IMG/VR virus record: IMGVR_UViG_3300028388_004772
Coordinates: 64,001-128,000 of that record
Source of the DNA: a virus
Length of the DNA: 64,000 bases
Strand: one strand, 5' to 3'
Shown: positions 55,588 through 64,000 of the stretch, one piece after another
How positions within the stretch are numbered: the first letter of the stretch is position 1
Layout: each line of letters starts with the position of its first letter
The notes under the pieces: model-generated
The model's input: the letters and a program-made list of their open reading frames with translations, nothing else
Databases searched by the model: none
What the model was told of the DNA's origin: nothing
Made by a program: the position numbers and the translations under genes

Positions 55588-57190
55588 TACATCAGGTAAT
55601 GTGATTCGCAACGATAGCTGGGACGGTGCTACTTACGGCAATGACCCTGGCGGTTGTTGTGCATCTATCTCTGGTAGTGGTGCTTTATATGATAACAGTA
55701 CTGATACGATTATGTTCAGTTATGGACAGGATATTCTTTCTCAAACAATAGCAATCAATGATGCATTACAAGCATCTGGTGTTCAGGTTGATGGATACAA
55801 CTATGCTTGGACATGGCGTAGAGTTTCCAACAATGGCAGAGGTGGAGATACATTACGATTTGAAGTAACTGTAAAAGATGCAAATGGTAATGAGGTCGAG
55901 GATTATGTTTATGATTATAGCAATATTGGTGCAGATGATACTTGGTATTCAAGTGCTGGTACCGAAACCTTTGCAAATAGTTACCTTGATCCACAAAACA
56001 TTCAATTGAGAATCATTGGTAAGGATGGTGGATTCTGGGCAGGCTATTATGGACCAGAAGTCAAAGACGTCTCATTGACTCTTAATTATACTGCTGATCC
56101 TTGTGCCGCAAATCCTCTCTACGATCCAGCATGTTCTGGATATGCAGAAGCATATGCCGAACAGCAATACCAACTAAACTGTCAAGCAAATCCACTTTAC
56201 GACTCGGGGTGTCCAGGCTATGCACAGGCTTATTTCGACCAACAATGTAATGCAGATCCCTTATATAACCAGAGTTGTCCTGGTTACGCTTCTGCTTACT
56301 TTGACTATCAATGTAGCATTGATCCTCTATACGATACAGCTTGTCCAGGCTATGCCGAAGCATTGTACGACTACAACTGCTCATCAGACCCCTTATTTGA
56401 TACCGGCTGTCCCGGATACGCCCAAGCCTATCTCGAATATCAATGTTCTTTAGATCCTTTATATGATAGAAACTGTGATGGATATGCAGAAGCCTATGCA
56501 CAGGAGAATATCTTAAATGAAGAGACAACAAGTACGCCGGAGACGATTTCTTCAGCATCGGAGACGGTCCTGCCTGTCACTGATCCAGAAGAAATCGGAA
56601 GACCGTCAACAACAGGAGACTCAACCGTCGATGGTATCCTATCTGATCTGTCAACTAGCCCAACGGTCCCCACTGTGGTTACAGAACCTGTTGCTGACCT
56701 GGCACCAGAACCATCTCAACAAGAAACTCAAGAAGAGCAAATGGAAGAAGAACTGGCTTCCCTGGAGTTAGAAAATGATACAACCGAAACCGAGTCTGTT
56801 GCATCTACTGAAGAAGCAGGAGGAGACGATTCTGAATCATCCGATGAATCTGAGGGAGAGTCTTCTGATGGAGGAGATTCAGAATCTGAGAAAAAAGATT
56901 CAAAGAAAGAAAAAATGAAAAAAGCAATTGCGAAAAAGGCTGCTTCATTGGCCGAACAAATGTCAGCAGCTGCATCGCTTGAAGCACAACAAGCAGCACA
57001 AGCTCAAGTCCTTGCCTTGATAAACTATGTTCCTGACTTTAATACATATAGTAGGGCAATGAATGGTGGATATCTTCCTGATGTCCAATTCTACACCGAG
57101 ACTAAAGTGCCAGAATCTCGGCGTGGTCTAAGAAACGGACTGGCACAGCAAATCCTCCATGAAAAAATGGTGGATATGCAATATAGATAG
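55514..57190 (+). CDS. Secreted protein with a beta-sandwich domain, six CxxDPLYDxxCPGY repeats and an acidic linker
   Basis: Signal peptide; GFWAGYYGPEV domain; 22-aa repeats. Confidence 0.75.
   Translation: MTSLKVGVGVLLLLLLSLHLPAHSDTSGNVIRNDSWDGATYGNDPGGCCASISGSGALYDNSTDTIMFSYGQDILSQTIAINDALQASGVQVDGYNYAWTWRRVSNNGRGGDTLRFEVTVKDANGNEVEDYVYDYSNIGADDTWYSSAGTETFANSYLDPQNIQLRIIGKDGGFWAGYYGPEVKDVSLTLNYTADPCAANPLYDPACSGYAEAYAEQQYQLNCQANPLYDSGCPGYAQAYFDQQCNADPLYNQSCPGYASAYFDYQCSIDPLYDTACPGYAEALYDYNCSSDPLFDTGCPGYAQAYLEYQCSLDPLYDRNCDGYAEAYAQENILNEETTSTPETISSASETVLPVTDPEEIGRPSTTGDSTVDGILSDLSTSPTVPTVVTEPVADLAPEPSQQETQEEQMEEELASLELENDTTETESVASTEEAGGDDSESSDESEGESSDGGDSESEKKDSKKEKMKKAIAKKAASLAEQMSAAASLEAQQAAQAQVLALINYVPDFNTYSRAMNGGYLPDVQFYTETKVPESRRGLRNGLAQQILHEKMVDMQYR
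56102..56500 (+). repeat. Six tandem ~66-bp coding repeats (C..DPLYD..CPGYA.AY)
   Basis: Visible directly in the translation. Confidence 0.85.
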
Positions 57191-57197
57191 GAGTCTT

Positions 57198-57302
57198 ATG
57201 TCTGATAGAGATTATTTCAATTTAAGGGAAATGATTCGCAAACTTCAAAGGGAAGTGGAAAGACTAAAACGACAAATAGAGGAAAATGATGTTAAAACTT
57301 AG
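57198..57302 (+). CDS. 34-aa coiled-coil peptide
   Basis: AGGAG RBS; MSDRDYFNLREMIRKLQREVERLKRQIEE. Confidence 0.45.
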   Translation: MSDRDYFNLREMIRKLQREVERLKRQIEENDVKT

Positions 57303-57654
57303 TGCAGCTATTTTAGGACTAGCTCTGATGACGGGATGTTCAACCATCCCGTCTTTCTGGGACGATAACGAATCAATGCTTGCTGTTGATGTAAGATTTG
57401 CGGTTGCTAAACTCGACTGTAGTCAACCATATCAACATCAGGTTGAAGAAATCAAAGACAGGGTGGATTTGTTTACCTACTACTCTGAGTCCAGAGGTTC
57501 TTCGGACATAGGGGAAATCGTCGGGGAAATGAAAAAAACTGTCGATGGTTTATATGAAGATAATTCCAACAACGCGTTCTTCTGTAACATGAAGAAGAAG
57601 ATACTAGTTAAACAATCTGCTGATATTGCAGACGCAACAATGGGGAGATATTAA
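57286..57654 (+). CDS. Lipoprotein
   Basis: Lipobox LMTGC. Confidence 0.72.
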   Translation: MMLKLSAAILGLALMTGCSTIPSFWDDNESMLAVDVRFAVAKLDCSQPYQHQVEEIKDRVDLFTYYSESRGSSDIGEIVGEMKKTVDGLYEDNSNNAFFCNMKKKILVKQSADIADATMGRY

Positions 57655-57896
57655 TGAGTGAAAATATTAAAGAAGTACAAGCACTATTATCATGTGGCGA
57701 CGAGTTTGTTGAAAGACAAGCGGCGTTGGCTCTTGAAATTGCTGATGCACAAGCAATGGGCAATATATCATCTCAGCAAGCAAAAGAGCTTATGGAAGAT
57801 CTGGTTCGAACAGAAAACATTGAAGGCAAGTCAGAAAATATCCAATTGGTTGGAGCGCTAATCACTGGTGTGATGGGCTTGGCTTCCGTAGTATAA
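57654..57896 (+). CDS. Hypothetical protein with a hydrophobic C-terminus
   Basis: TAATG coupling. Confidence 0.65.
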   Translation: MSENIKEVQALLSCGDEFVERQAALALEIADAQAMGNISSQQAKELMEDLVRTENIEGKSENIQLVGALITGVMGLASVV

Positions 57897-57906
57897 GGAG
57901 AAAGTA

Positions 57907-58452
57907 ATGGCAGAGTTTGAATTCGGCGGAATGACATTCCGTGGTGGAAAAATGATGATTATTCTTACTGCATTGTCGACTGCTGGCGGCGCTGCCTGGG
58001 GTGGATTTGAGATCTATAAAGATTACATGGATATGAAAGAGATCATCCAGAATATTGACGTTGATGCGATTGAGGCTTCAAACAATCAAGTTATTCTCAA
58101 GATGGATCAGCAAATGCTTCGCATCGATGAGGCGATTGAATATACTCGGGATATCAAATCTGGTTTGAGAGACGATATCCTTGGTATTGAAAAGCAAGTT
58201 GATCGTATGGAAGATAAAATCCGTGAGACCGAAGAAGATGTTCGTCAGTCAATTTCAAATGCTGAAGAACGTTTTGAGAATAAAAGAGACGCTCTACAAA
58301 ACGATTATGATGAAAAAGCAAATCGTCTTGCAGAACGTAATGATAGTATGAGAACTGATCTAGAGGATAAAGTAGATCGTGAGATCACAGATCTTGAAGA
58401 TCGTCTTGGAAAGAAACTTCAGCGCGCATTGGACAATCCTCTAGCTAACTAG
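57907..58452 (+). CDS. Membrane-anchored coiled-coil protein
   Basis: N-terminal TM, long heptad helix ending ALDNPLAN; AAGGAG RBS. Confidence 0.75.
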   Translation: MAEFEFGGMTFRGGKMMIILTALSTAGGAAWGGFEIYKDYMDMKEIIQNIDVDAIEASNNQVILKMDQQMLRIDEAIEYTRDIKSGLRDDILGIEKQVDRMEDKIRETEEDVRQSISNAEERFENKRDALQNDYDEKANRLAERNDSMRTDLEDKVDREITDLEDRLGKKLQRALDNPLAN

Positions 58453-58627
58453 AGGATTTGTTTCTTCTCAAAACATTATATGGATCTACTTGATCCAACC
58501 AAACATCACCAAGTGCAGCAACATAAGCATCATATGATTTCATCTGAAACTCTGTTTGTTTATCACCTGGAATAAAAATCTCCTGAAATTCATCAGGAGT
58601 AATATCCATTTCAATTTTAATTTTCAT
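58445..58627 (-). CDS. Hypothetical protein
   Basis: MKIKIEMDITPDE; coupled. Confidence 0.6.
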   Translation of the reverse strand: MKIKIEMDITPDEFQEIFIPGDKQTEFQMKSYDAYVAALGDVWLDQVDPYNVLRRNKSSS

Positions 58628-58950
58628 AATTCAATAATCTCAATTCTATCGCCGAACCTTTCCTTTAGTTCATTATATATTCCAGCATTACTCATTCGTA
58701 ATCCTTGACGGCCTTTAAGTAAATAGTATGTTGACCCACTTTCAGTTTTAACTGTATAGAAGTCTTGGTTTACTTTTATATTGATTTCTTTAATATGTGA
58801 GCTCATACGCCAAGAGTCCCCATACAGATAACTACCAGACCAACCAGAGAGAATCTTTTGACGAGGGGGATAACCTGGATGGATCGGATCTTGTATCTCT
58901 ACGATCACCCAAGCATCGGGTGTAATACCTTCCTCAGCTTCCAATTTCAT
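58624..58950 (-). CDS. Hypothetical protein
   Basis: TPDAWVIV..GWSGSYLYGDSWRMSS..SGSTY phage motif. Confidence 0.7.
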   Translation of the reverse strand: MKLEAEEGITPDAWVIVEIQDPIHPGYPPRQKILSGWSGSYLYGDSWRMSSHIKEINIKVNQDFYTVKTESGSTYYLLKGRQGLRMSNAGIYNELKERFGDRIEIIEL

Positions 58951-59224
58951 CTTCTTTCCACCATCTAATCACGTGACCGGTCTCTTGCAAATAGGTCTCC
59001 ATGATTTGCTCAAACGTCCAGAGTGTTTCTGTCTCAAGATCTTCCAACCAAGCACTGAACGGATTCCAATCTTCAGTCCGCATTATCGGCAATGAGTATT
59101 CAAATCCCCAAGGATGATCAGGCACACCGTAAATGTCAATACGGCCTCCGGACCAATGAGATCCATACTCATTAATGAACTCTTCATTGATCGGTCCCAT
59201 CCAATTGGTAGAATAACTAATCAT
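58934..59224 (-). CDS. Hypothetical protein
   Basis: YSTNWMGP..GGRID. Confidence 0.65.
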   Translation of the reverse strand: MISYSTNWMGPINEEFINEYGSHWSGGRIDIYGVPDHPWGFEYSLPIMRTEDWNPFSAWLEDLETETLWTFEQIMETYLQETGHVIRWWKEDEIGS

Positions 59225-59397
59225 TCTTGCGGATCACTCCCTGGATAACAATATCCATCATCTTGCTCTTCCATAAAATCTGCAGCAGTCATAAACTTAA
59301 TATCGCCCATAGGCTTTCTTTTATATTTGCTCAAATCCTGTTCCGTGGCGAGTTCTTCCTTGAGCTCGTCTTCATAAACTCCACCACACATAATCAT
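59221..59397 (-). CDS. Hypothetical acidic protein (58 aa)
   Basis: Manual translation MIMCGGVYEDEL...; coupled at both ends. Confidence 0.55.
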   Translation of the reverse strand: MIMCGGVYEDELKEELATEQDLSKYKRKPMGDIKFMTAADFMEEQDDGYCYPGSDPQE

Positions 59398-59696
59398 TAA
59401 CCTTCTTTCTCCAAATTCCAGCGTACCTTATTCGGTGGCGCAGGATCTGCTTTTTTCTTTTCAATGGTAAAAATAAACCATGTAAAGAATACCATACTAA
59501 TCAAAGCAATATGTCCAATAATGTTATAACCAATAAACAATAGCTCAGCAGTAAAGATGCCGAATGCGATACACCACAACGATGCAAGTAAGTTTGTTGC
59601 TAAAAACTTATATTCCATCGGTGCACTTTTGAGTCCATTCTTTGTTGAATCGAGTAATCCATAACCGATCTTTCCTAGTTTATACCAACCTACCAT
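59397..59696 (-). CDS. Membrane protein
   Basis: Two TM helices. Confidence 0.7.
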   Translation of the reverse strand: MVGWYKLGKIGYGLLDSTKNGLKSAPMEYKFLATNLLASLWCIAFGIFTAELLFIGYNIIGHIALISMVFFTWFIFTIEKKKADPAPPNKVRWNLEKEG

Positions 59697-59697
59697 T

Positions 59698-59907
59698 TTA
59701 CTCTACCTCTTGTGGCCAAGATCTGACCATTTCAAAACTTTCTTCAGGATAGCCAAAGCTACAAACCCATTTTACTAGATCAAAATCGTTTTTGATCCAT
59801 AGATCATAACCTGTGCCACCAACTGCTTCCTCTGGTAATGCACGAGGAAATCCATATGCCCAACCAGCAGGAGTTGGGTCGACCATTAATTGATATTTTG
59901 TCGCCAT
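59698..59907 (-). CDS. Hypothetical protein
   Basis: VDP..GWAYGFPR motif. Confidence 0.65.
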   Translation of the reverse strand: MATKYQLMVDPTPAGWAYGFPRALPEEAVGGTGYDLWIKNDFDLVKWVCSFGYPEESFEMVRSWPQEVE

Positions 59908-60251
59908 TTTCTTTCTTCCTCTTCATAGTAAGCTTCTCGGTCAAAATCAATTTCTGTGATAGCTGATTTCACAATCATATCATCTGTCCAATCAGTATAG
60001 TAACCATTGTCTACCTTGAATTGGTCGATGGCCTCATCTAATGTTACTTCACGACAACTTACTATATTCTCTCCTATGTGCTCCTGAGAAAACTCTCGAG
60101 TGTTTTCACAAACAACAGTATCACTAGCATATTCTTGAGGGGTACAAGGAAACAAGTATTCGTCTTTTGGATTCTCACAATCATCTGGCACTTCTACAAC
60201 ATACCGCATGCGGAACATTGAGACTGTATCGACCATCATATACTTACTCAT
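59886..60251 (-). CDS. Hypothetical protein
   Basis: VDTVSMFRMRYVVE..EFSQEHIGE. Confidence 0.7.
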   Translation of the reverse strand: MSKYMMVDTVSMFRMRYVVEVPDDCENPKDEYLFPCTPQEYASDTVVCENTREFSQEHIGENIVSCREVTLDEAIDQFKVDNGYYTDWTDDMIVKSAITEIDFDREAYYEEEERKWRQNIN

Positions 60252-60615
60252 TAATCACCTGTGCCTTACCGTGCTTGAATTTACCAAACCGATTCTTTTT
60301 CATATTAACTTTAAACATTGTAAACTTCCAGCCTGGTGGTGGCGGTGGAATACACTTATCTTCTCTCGTTACCATGCTAGTTGTGGTTTGGACGACTTTG
60401 ATCAATCGGCCAAACTCCTTCTTGCATGCCCAGATAGCGGCTGGAACACTTTTGTTCAAGAATCTACGTTGCTGAGGAAAACCAACACCGTCTTCAAATT
60501 TTACTGTGACCCAGTAACTGGTTGTATCATCTTCTTGATTGTACCAACCATCTGTCAATGTGTCATCACTACGCATCGATGCTGGCTTGAACTTTCCTGC
60601 TCTTTGATTACTCAT
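60244..60615 (-). CDS. Hypothetical protein
   Basis: Coupled ORF. Confidence 0.6.
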   Translation of the reverse strand: MSNQRAGKFKPASMRSDDTLTDGWYNQEDDTTSYWVTVKFEDGVGFPQQRRFLNKSVPAAIWACKKEFGRLIKVVQTTTSMVTREDKCIPPPPPGWKFTMFKVNMKKNRFGKFKHGKAQVINE

Positions 60616-60618
60616 AAT

Positions 60619-61122
60619 TTAATCCCATAACGATTGGTAATACTTACCGAATAGTTTTAATCCATTAACAATACGATCATTATACAGTTTTAAGCCTTCG
60701 GTGTCAACTTTCAACTTATGTACGGATTCTTCAAGAGAATCATTTTCGTCAACCTCTGAATGATCATAAAACTGACTATCGTCAGATTGAATCACTTGTT
60801 CCATAGCCCAGATCATTTCGCCCATCATCCAATCCCAACATTCCTGTTGTCTTTGGAATTCATCATCATTATATCCAGTGCCATTAAACAAATCACCAAC
60901 TGCTCTTGGATCCCATTCGCGACGAATATATTGTAGATGCTCTGGCATGTCCTCGTAATCCATATAAGGAACACCATGCTTAGTTTCTTTGAGTTGTTTG
61001 AGCATAGGAAGAGCAATCAAGGCCAGTGTATGGTCCATATTCCATGTGTCATATTCATGGATGTGAACCTCCTCTTTGCGAGGAGTATCATCATCTTTAT
61101 ATGGACCAATGTGAACTTTCAT
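60619..61122 (-). CDS. Hypothetical protein
   Basis: MKVHIGPY..YDTWNMDHTLA..LFGKYYQSLWD conserved phage family. Confidence 0.75.
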   Translation of the reverse strand: MKVHIGPYKDDDTPRKEEVHIHEYDTWNMDHTLALIALPMLKQLKETKHGVPYMDYEDMPEHLQYIRREWDPRAVGDLFNGTGYNDDEFQRQQECWDWMMGEMIWAMEQVIQSDDSQFYDHSEVDENDSLEESVHKLKVDTEGLKLYNDRIVNGLKLFGKYYQSLWD

Positions 61123-61274
61123 TCTGTTAAGAACTCTGGATCCGGTTCATTGCTATTATTGATCTGCTCGTACAGATCAGCATTGATTGCGCCGTACTTC
61201 TTGACAAAGTCTTCCTTTGATAAGTTAATTGCATCTTCTTGCATATCAAAGAAATCATTACCCATCTTACTCAT
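61119..61274 (-). CDS. Hypothetical protein (51 aa)
   Basis: Manual translation MSKMGNDFFDMQEDA... Confidence 0.55.
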   Translation of the reverse strand: MSKMGNDFFDMQEDAINLSKEDFVKKYGAINADLYEQINNSNEPDPEFLTE

Positions 61275-61276
61275 TA

Positions 61277-61402
61277 TTAAATCCCCTTTACCATTTTAAT
61301 AATACAATCGGGCCGGCGACGATTTTGATATTCGTACGCTTCTTGCTTGTCTCGTGTATTAAATACAATGTTACCATCTTTATCTATCAAATGAAATCGC
61401 AT
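61277..61402 (-). CDS. Hypothetical protein (41 aa)
   Basis: Manual translation MRFHLIDKDGNIVF...; TAATG coupling. Confidence 0.5.
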   Translation of the reverse strand: MRFHLIDKDGNIVFNTRDKQEAYEYQNRRRPDCIIKMVKGI

Positions 61403-61629
61403 TAGAATTCTCCGCTTGTTCCGTACTTGTTGTAATACTCAACTGCACCACGTTCGTATGCAGTTGAGGCACGTAGCTTACGCATTTTCTCAAAAAAGTA
61501 ATCCTCGCGCACAGCCTCGTGGATTGCAATTGCTGCTTTGATGTATCCACGATTCTGTGTAAAAGTTTTCAGAAGCTCATCCTGTTTCGCGAAGATTTCC
61601 TTTGCACCTGGAATATCAATGTTACGCAT
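61402..61629 (-). CDS. Hypothetical protein
   Basis: GAGGAG RBS; start MRNIDIPG. Confidence 0.6.
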   Translation of the reverse strand: MRNIDIPGAKEIFAKQDELLKTFTQNRGYIKAAIAIHEAVREDYFFEKMRKLRASTAYERGAVEYYNKYGTSGEF

Positions 61630-61789
61630 TTTCGTTCTCCTCAGGAGTAGCCATCTCACCACGCAAGCCAAGCAAAGCAGCCATAGCTTTATGAGCATAG
61701 CTTTTTTCTGCGTTAGTCATTTCACCGTACATACGATCTAAGTCCAACATCATCTTTTGAACTACCGCATCCATCATTTCATTTTTCAT
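61622..61789 (-). CDS. Hypothetical early protein
   Basis: Behind early promoter copy 5. Confidence 0.55.
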   Translation of the reverse strand: MKNEMMDAVVQKMMLDLDRMYGEMTNAEKSYAHKAMAALLGLRGEMATPEENENA

Positions 61790-61792
61790 AAT

Positions 61793-61853
61793 ATATCTCC
61801 TCATTTGATGTAAACATTGTCTCATATACTTTGGCAAAGGTAAACAACATTTT
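61793..61853 (-). promoter_or_regulatory. Repeated early promoter and leader, copy 5
   Basis: GTTTACC-N17-GACAAT-GTTTACATCAAATGAGGAGA. Confidence 0.75.
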
Positions 61854-61880
61854 CAAATCTTTTTTCAATAACAAATTCAA

Positions 61881-62222
61881 TCATTTACTTAAATGTTTGC
61901 ACTCGCCTCGGAACTTGAATCCGGTGCAGGTGCATGTGTTCTTAGTCTTGTTGACTTGGTACACTTTACCCTTCGAGCCAGCAACTTCGATAATATCATC
62001 ATCATGCTCTTCGGGTACTGTGCCAACCAAATCAAATGTACGGCCGCGCGTGTCAAACTTCAACGGTTTCGTATACTTATCCAATCCCCGAGAGTAATCT
62101 CCAACCTGGAACCAAACAAGTTTGTCTTTTTCATTGACATAATAAAGATGTGGTTGATAAGTAAAGTCATCCACCGTGCCAGTTGTTTCTCGAAGAATAC
62201 GAATCATTAGAACTTTCTCCAT
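61881..62222 (-). CDS. SWIM zinc-finger protein
   Basis: VAGSKGKVYQV...CTCTGFKFRGECKH. Confidence 0.78.
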   Translation of the reverse strand: MEKVLMIRILRETTGTVDDFTYQPHLYYVNEKDKLVWFQVGDYSRGLDKYTKPLKFDTRGRTFDLVGTVPEEHDDDIIEVAGSKGKVYQVNKTKNTCTCTGFKFRGECKHLSK

Positions 62223-62319
62223 TCACCAGAGATAAGCAGCCAAGAGATAGCAACTCCAGTGACGCCAAGCACAATCATGACGTCAAGATAATTTGCAGTA
62301 TAACCCATAACCTCTCTCC

Positions 62320-62571
62320 TTACGCCCGAGCCAAAACTTCTGTTGCATCGAACACTGAGAAGAAACGTGGCTTCTTGTTTGTCTCAGTTTCGTCTTCGTC
62401 CTTCGAGAACATCACGAGCTTAGCACAAGCTTTCAAACCTTTCAATTTAGTTCCTGGGATACCCAACTCACGAGTAGCCTGCTTGAAAGTCAATACTGCA
62501 TCAACACCAGCTTCAGCCAAGATCGCTGCGTTCTTACCAGTGTACTCACGCTTAGTTACATAATTAATCAT
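62320..62571 (-). CDS. ArdC N-terminal-like (ssDNA-binding) small protein
   Basis: NYVTKREYTGKNAAIL..LTFKQA...PRFFSVF. Confidence 0.6.
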   Translation of the reverse strand: MINYVTKREYTGKNAAILAEAGVDAVLTFKQATRELGIPGTKLKGLKACAKLVMFSKDEDETETNKKPRFFSVFDATEVLARA

Positions 62572-62574
62572 TTC

Positions 62575-62636
62575 TATCTCTCCTTCATTTGATGTAGCCA
62601 TTATCCTACATTATAAGAAAAAGAAAACAGTTTTTT
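62575..62636 (-). promoter_or_regulatory. Repeated early promoter and leader, copy 6
   Basis: GTTTTC-N17-GATAAT-GGCTACATCAAATGAAGGAGAGA. Confidence 0.75.
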
Positions 62637-62660
62637 GTAATTATTTTAAAATAAAAAATA

Positions 62661-62864
62661 CTAGAGATATGAATCACTTAGACCAAGAACGTCATCTAAG
62701 TTGACAAGAGTTCGGTTACCATCGCTATCAACCACTTCAATAATCAGTGGTTCATCATCGATCATAATCTCACCTAAGAGTCTATGAAGATCTGCGGCCA
62801 TTGCAGCTTCAGCAGCTTCCTCTTTTCTTTTTCGATATTTGTTGATATCAAATATGTTCGACAT
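62661..62864 (-). CDS. Hypothetical protein
   Basis: MSNIFDINKYRKRK start. Confidence 0.6.
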   Translation of the reverse strand: MSNIFDINKYRKRKEEAAEAAMAADLHRLLGEIMIDDEPLIIEVVDSDGNRTLVNLDDVLGLSDSYL

Positions 62865-63525
62865 AGTCTGAAATGCTAGGGAATATAGCAGCAATTGCGT
62901 GTGCACATTCTCTGGCAACCTCCATATGTTCTTTCTGCGTACCATTAGCAGAACGTAGTTCAATAAAATGGATCCACGAACGAAGTGTTCCATTCATATA
63001 CATACGAGACTTTGTTAGTCCTTCTGGTAACAATGCTCGCGCTTGTTCTTTTGCAATACCAAGTTTAATCGCGTTACGATACTCTCTTTCAACCATCCAC
63101 TCAACCCGAGATTGAATTCTATCCCACTCACGTTGAATCTCAATATCGTCTGTAACAATAGAGTTCTGACGATTTTTCTCATCTTGTAATCTTGCTTCTC
63201 TACGCTCAAACATCTCACCAAACTCTTGGTCTGGATTAGCGTACCGCTGAGAAAACTCTTGAAAAGAAAACGAACGATGACGTAAAATCTGACGTGCGAT
63301 GTCTCGTGTAGTCTCAATCTCTAAACAAGCACTGACCATCTCGAACGGGGACCAGTGCTTATGTCGTGATAGATATCCAAGGAGTTTCTCGTTCGTCTCT
63401 TTGTTAAGTTGGTTGGATGGGTTGGAGACACGGGCGCAGAAGGCGATGAGATCTTGTATCGATGAATCGGCTTGTTCTGCGAGTTGTGTATTTGGTTGAG
63501 AGTATGATATAAGCTTAACATTCAT
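62848..63525 (-). CDS. thyX: Flavin-dependent thymidylate synthase
   Basis: HWSPFE, RQILRHRSFSFQEFSQRY, EQARALLP, TQKEH. Confidence 0.95.
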   Translation of the reverse strand: MNVKLISYSQPNTQLAEQADSSIQDLIAFCARVSNPSNQLNKETNEKLLGYLSRHKHWSPFEMVSACLEIETTRDIARQILRHRSFSFQEFSQRYANPDQEFGEMFERREARLQDEKNRQNSIVTDDIEIQREWDRIQSRVEWMVEREYRNAIKLGIAKEQARALLPEGLTKSRMYMNGTLRSWIHFIELRSANGTQKEHMEVARECAHAIAAIFPSISDYVEHI

Positions 63526-63776
63526 AGCTCCAGATTGCTCCATTCTTTAAGCTTTATTCGCTTTGCTTTACATCCATCCATTAATTCAGTGTACGTCAGT
63601 AATTTCTTTTCAATACAAATTTCAATCATACAATACAGATCTCCGAGTTCTTTCTTCAACATTTCTGTTGATTGATCACTTGGAAACCTTAACATCTTGG
63701 AACAGGCCTGAACCACTTCTCCACATTCTTCCGATGTAATTGTCATCAACTCTTCTCGTTCTGTCATAGTTTCCAT
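63522..63776 (-). CDS. MazG-like NTP pyrophosphohydrolase
   Basis: EECGEVVQACSK..RF...ELGDL. Confidence 0.72.
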   Translation of the reverse strand: METMTEREELMTITSEECGEVVQACSKMLRFPSDQSTEMLKKELGDLYCMIEICIEKKLLTYTELMDGCKAKRIKLKEWSNLEL

Positions 63777-64000
63777 CCATTAGTATCAGGTTTTTCATTA
63801 TTACCAAAAGTGTTTAGTGGCTTGTCTGGTATTGGATCGTCGTTCACTAGATCCTGTTCATCCACATCGTACAGCCTCATCTTAGATCGATCAATCCCAA
63901 TCAAGAATCGCTTAGCCATTGTCGGGTCATTGTATCTATTCTTCAGCTGCTTGACCATCAACTGTCCAGCCTGCTCAAGTTCTTCTGTAGATATAAGTGC
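63764..64000 (-). CDS. gp41: Replicative helicase gp41, C-terminal part
   Basis: ALISTEELEQAGQLMVKQLKNRYNDP..KRFLIGIDRSKMRLYDV. Confidence 0.92.
   Translation of the reverse strand, partial: ALISTEELEQAGQLMVKQLKNRYNDPTMAKRFLIGIDRSKMRLYDVDEQDLVNDDPIPDKPLNTFGNNEKPDTNGWKL

Noticed and set aside
56102-56500. Regularly spaced repeats as a CRISPR array or DGR
   Set aside because: The repeats are in-frame and conserved at the protein level with synonymous variation; no reverse transcriptase or adenine-specific TR/VR pair was seen.
1-64000. Stop-codon reassignment
   Set aside because: Core genes translate full length in the standard code and no suppressor tRNA is present.

Overview
This is a 64-kb segment of a large T4-like myophage genome (AT-rich, standard genetic code, probably aquatic or marine with a proteobacterial host). 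From the left end it contains: (1) a baseplate/tail module (gp6 partial, gp25, an FG-GAP adhesin and C1q fibre, gp5, gp27-like, gp53, gp48, gp4, gp2, gp54, gp26, gp51, gp29); (2) gp32 and gp33; (3) a small tRNA/ncRNA cluster (Arg-TCT, Cys-GCA, a tRNA half, a 157-nt expanded tRNA-like RNA and a small pseudoknot RNA); (4) early-promoter cassettes; (5) a ~10-kb glycosylation island behind a late promoter, including UDP-sulfoquinovose synthase; (6) nucleotide metabolism and DNA genes (5'-nucleotidase, exonuclease, RNase H, NrdB, an NrdA-glutaredoxin fusion, ThyX, MazG-like, gp41 partial); (7) overlapping spanins; (8) a ~12-kb late cluster of probable capsid-packaged internal proteins with T4-type targeting sequences, including an RNA-ligase-like and a HIGH nucleotidyltransferase; (9) a two-piece permuted tmRNA; (10) a late plus-strand operon of secreted/membrane proteins with Cys repeats. 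The best leads are a possible virion sulfo-glycosylation system (island plus DS-rich fibres), a -1 frameshift joining gp26 to gp51 just before the tape measure gene, the expanded tRNA-like RNA, the packaged enzyme/polyprotein cluster and the envelope operon. All calls come from reading motifs by eye; no database searches were run.
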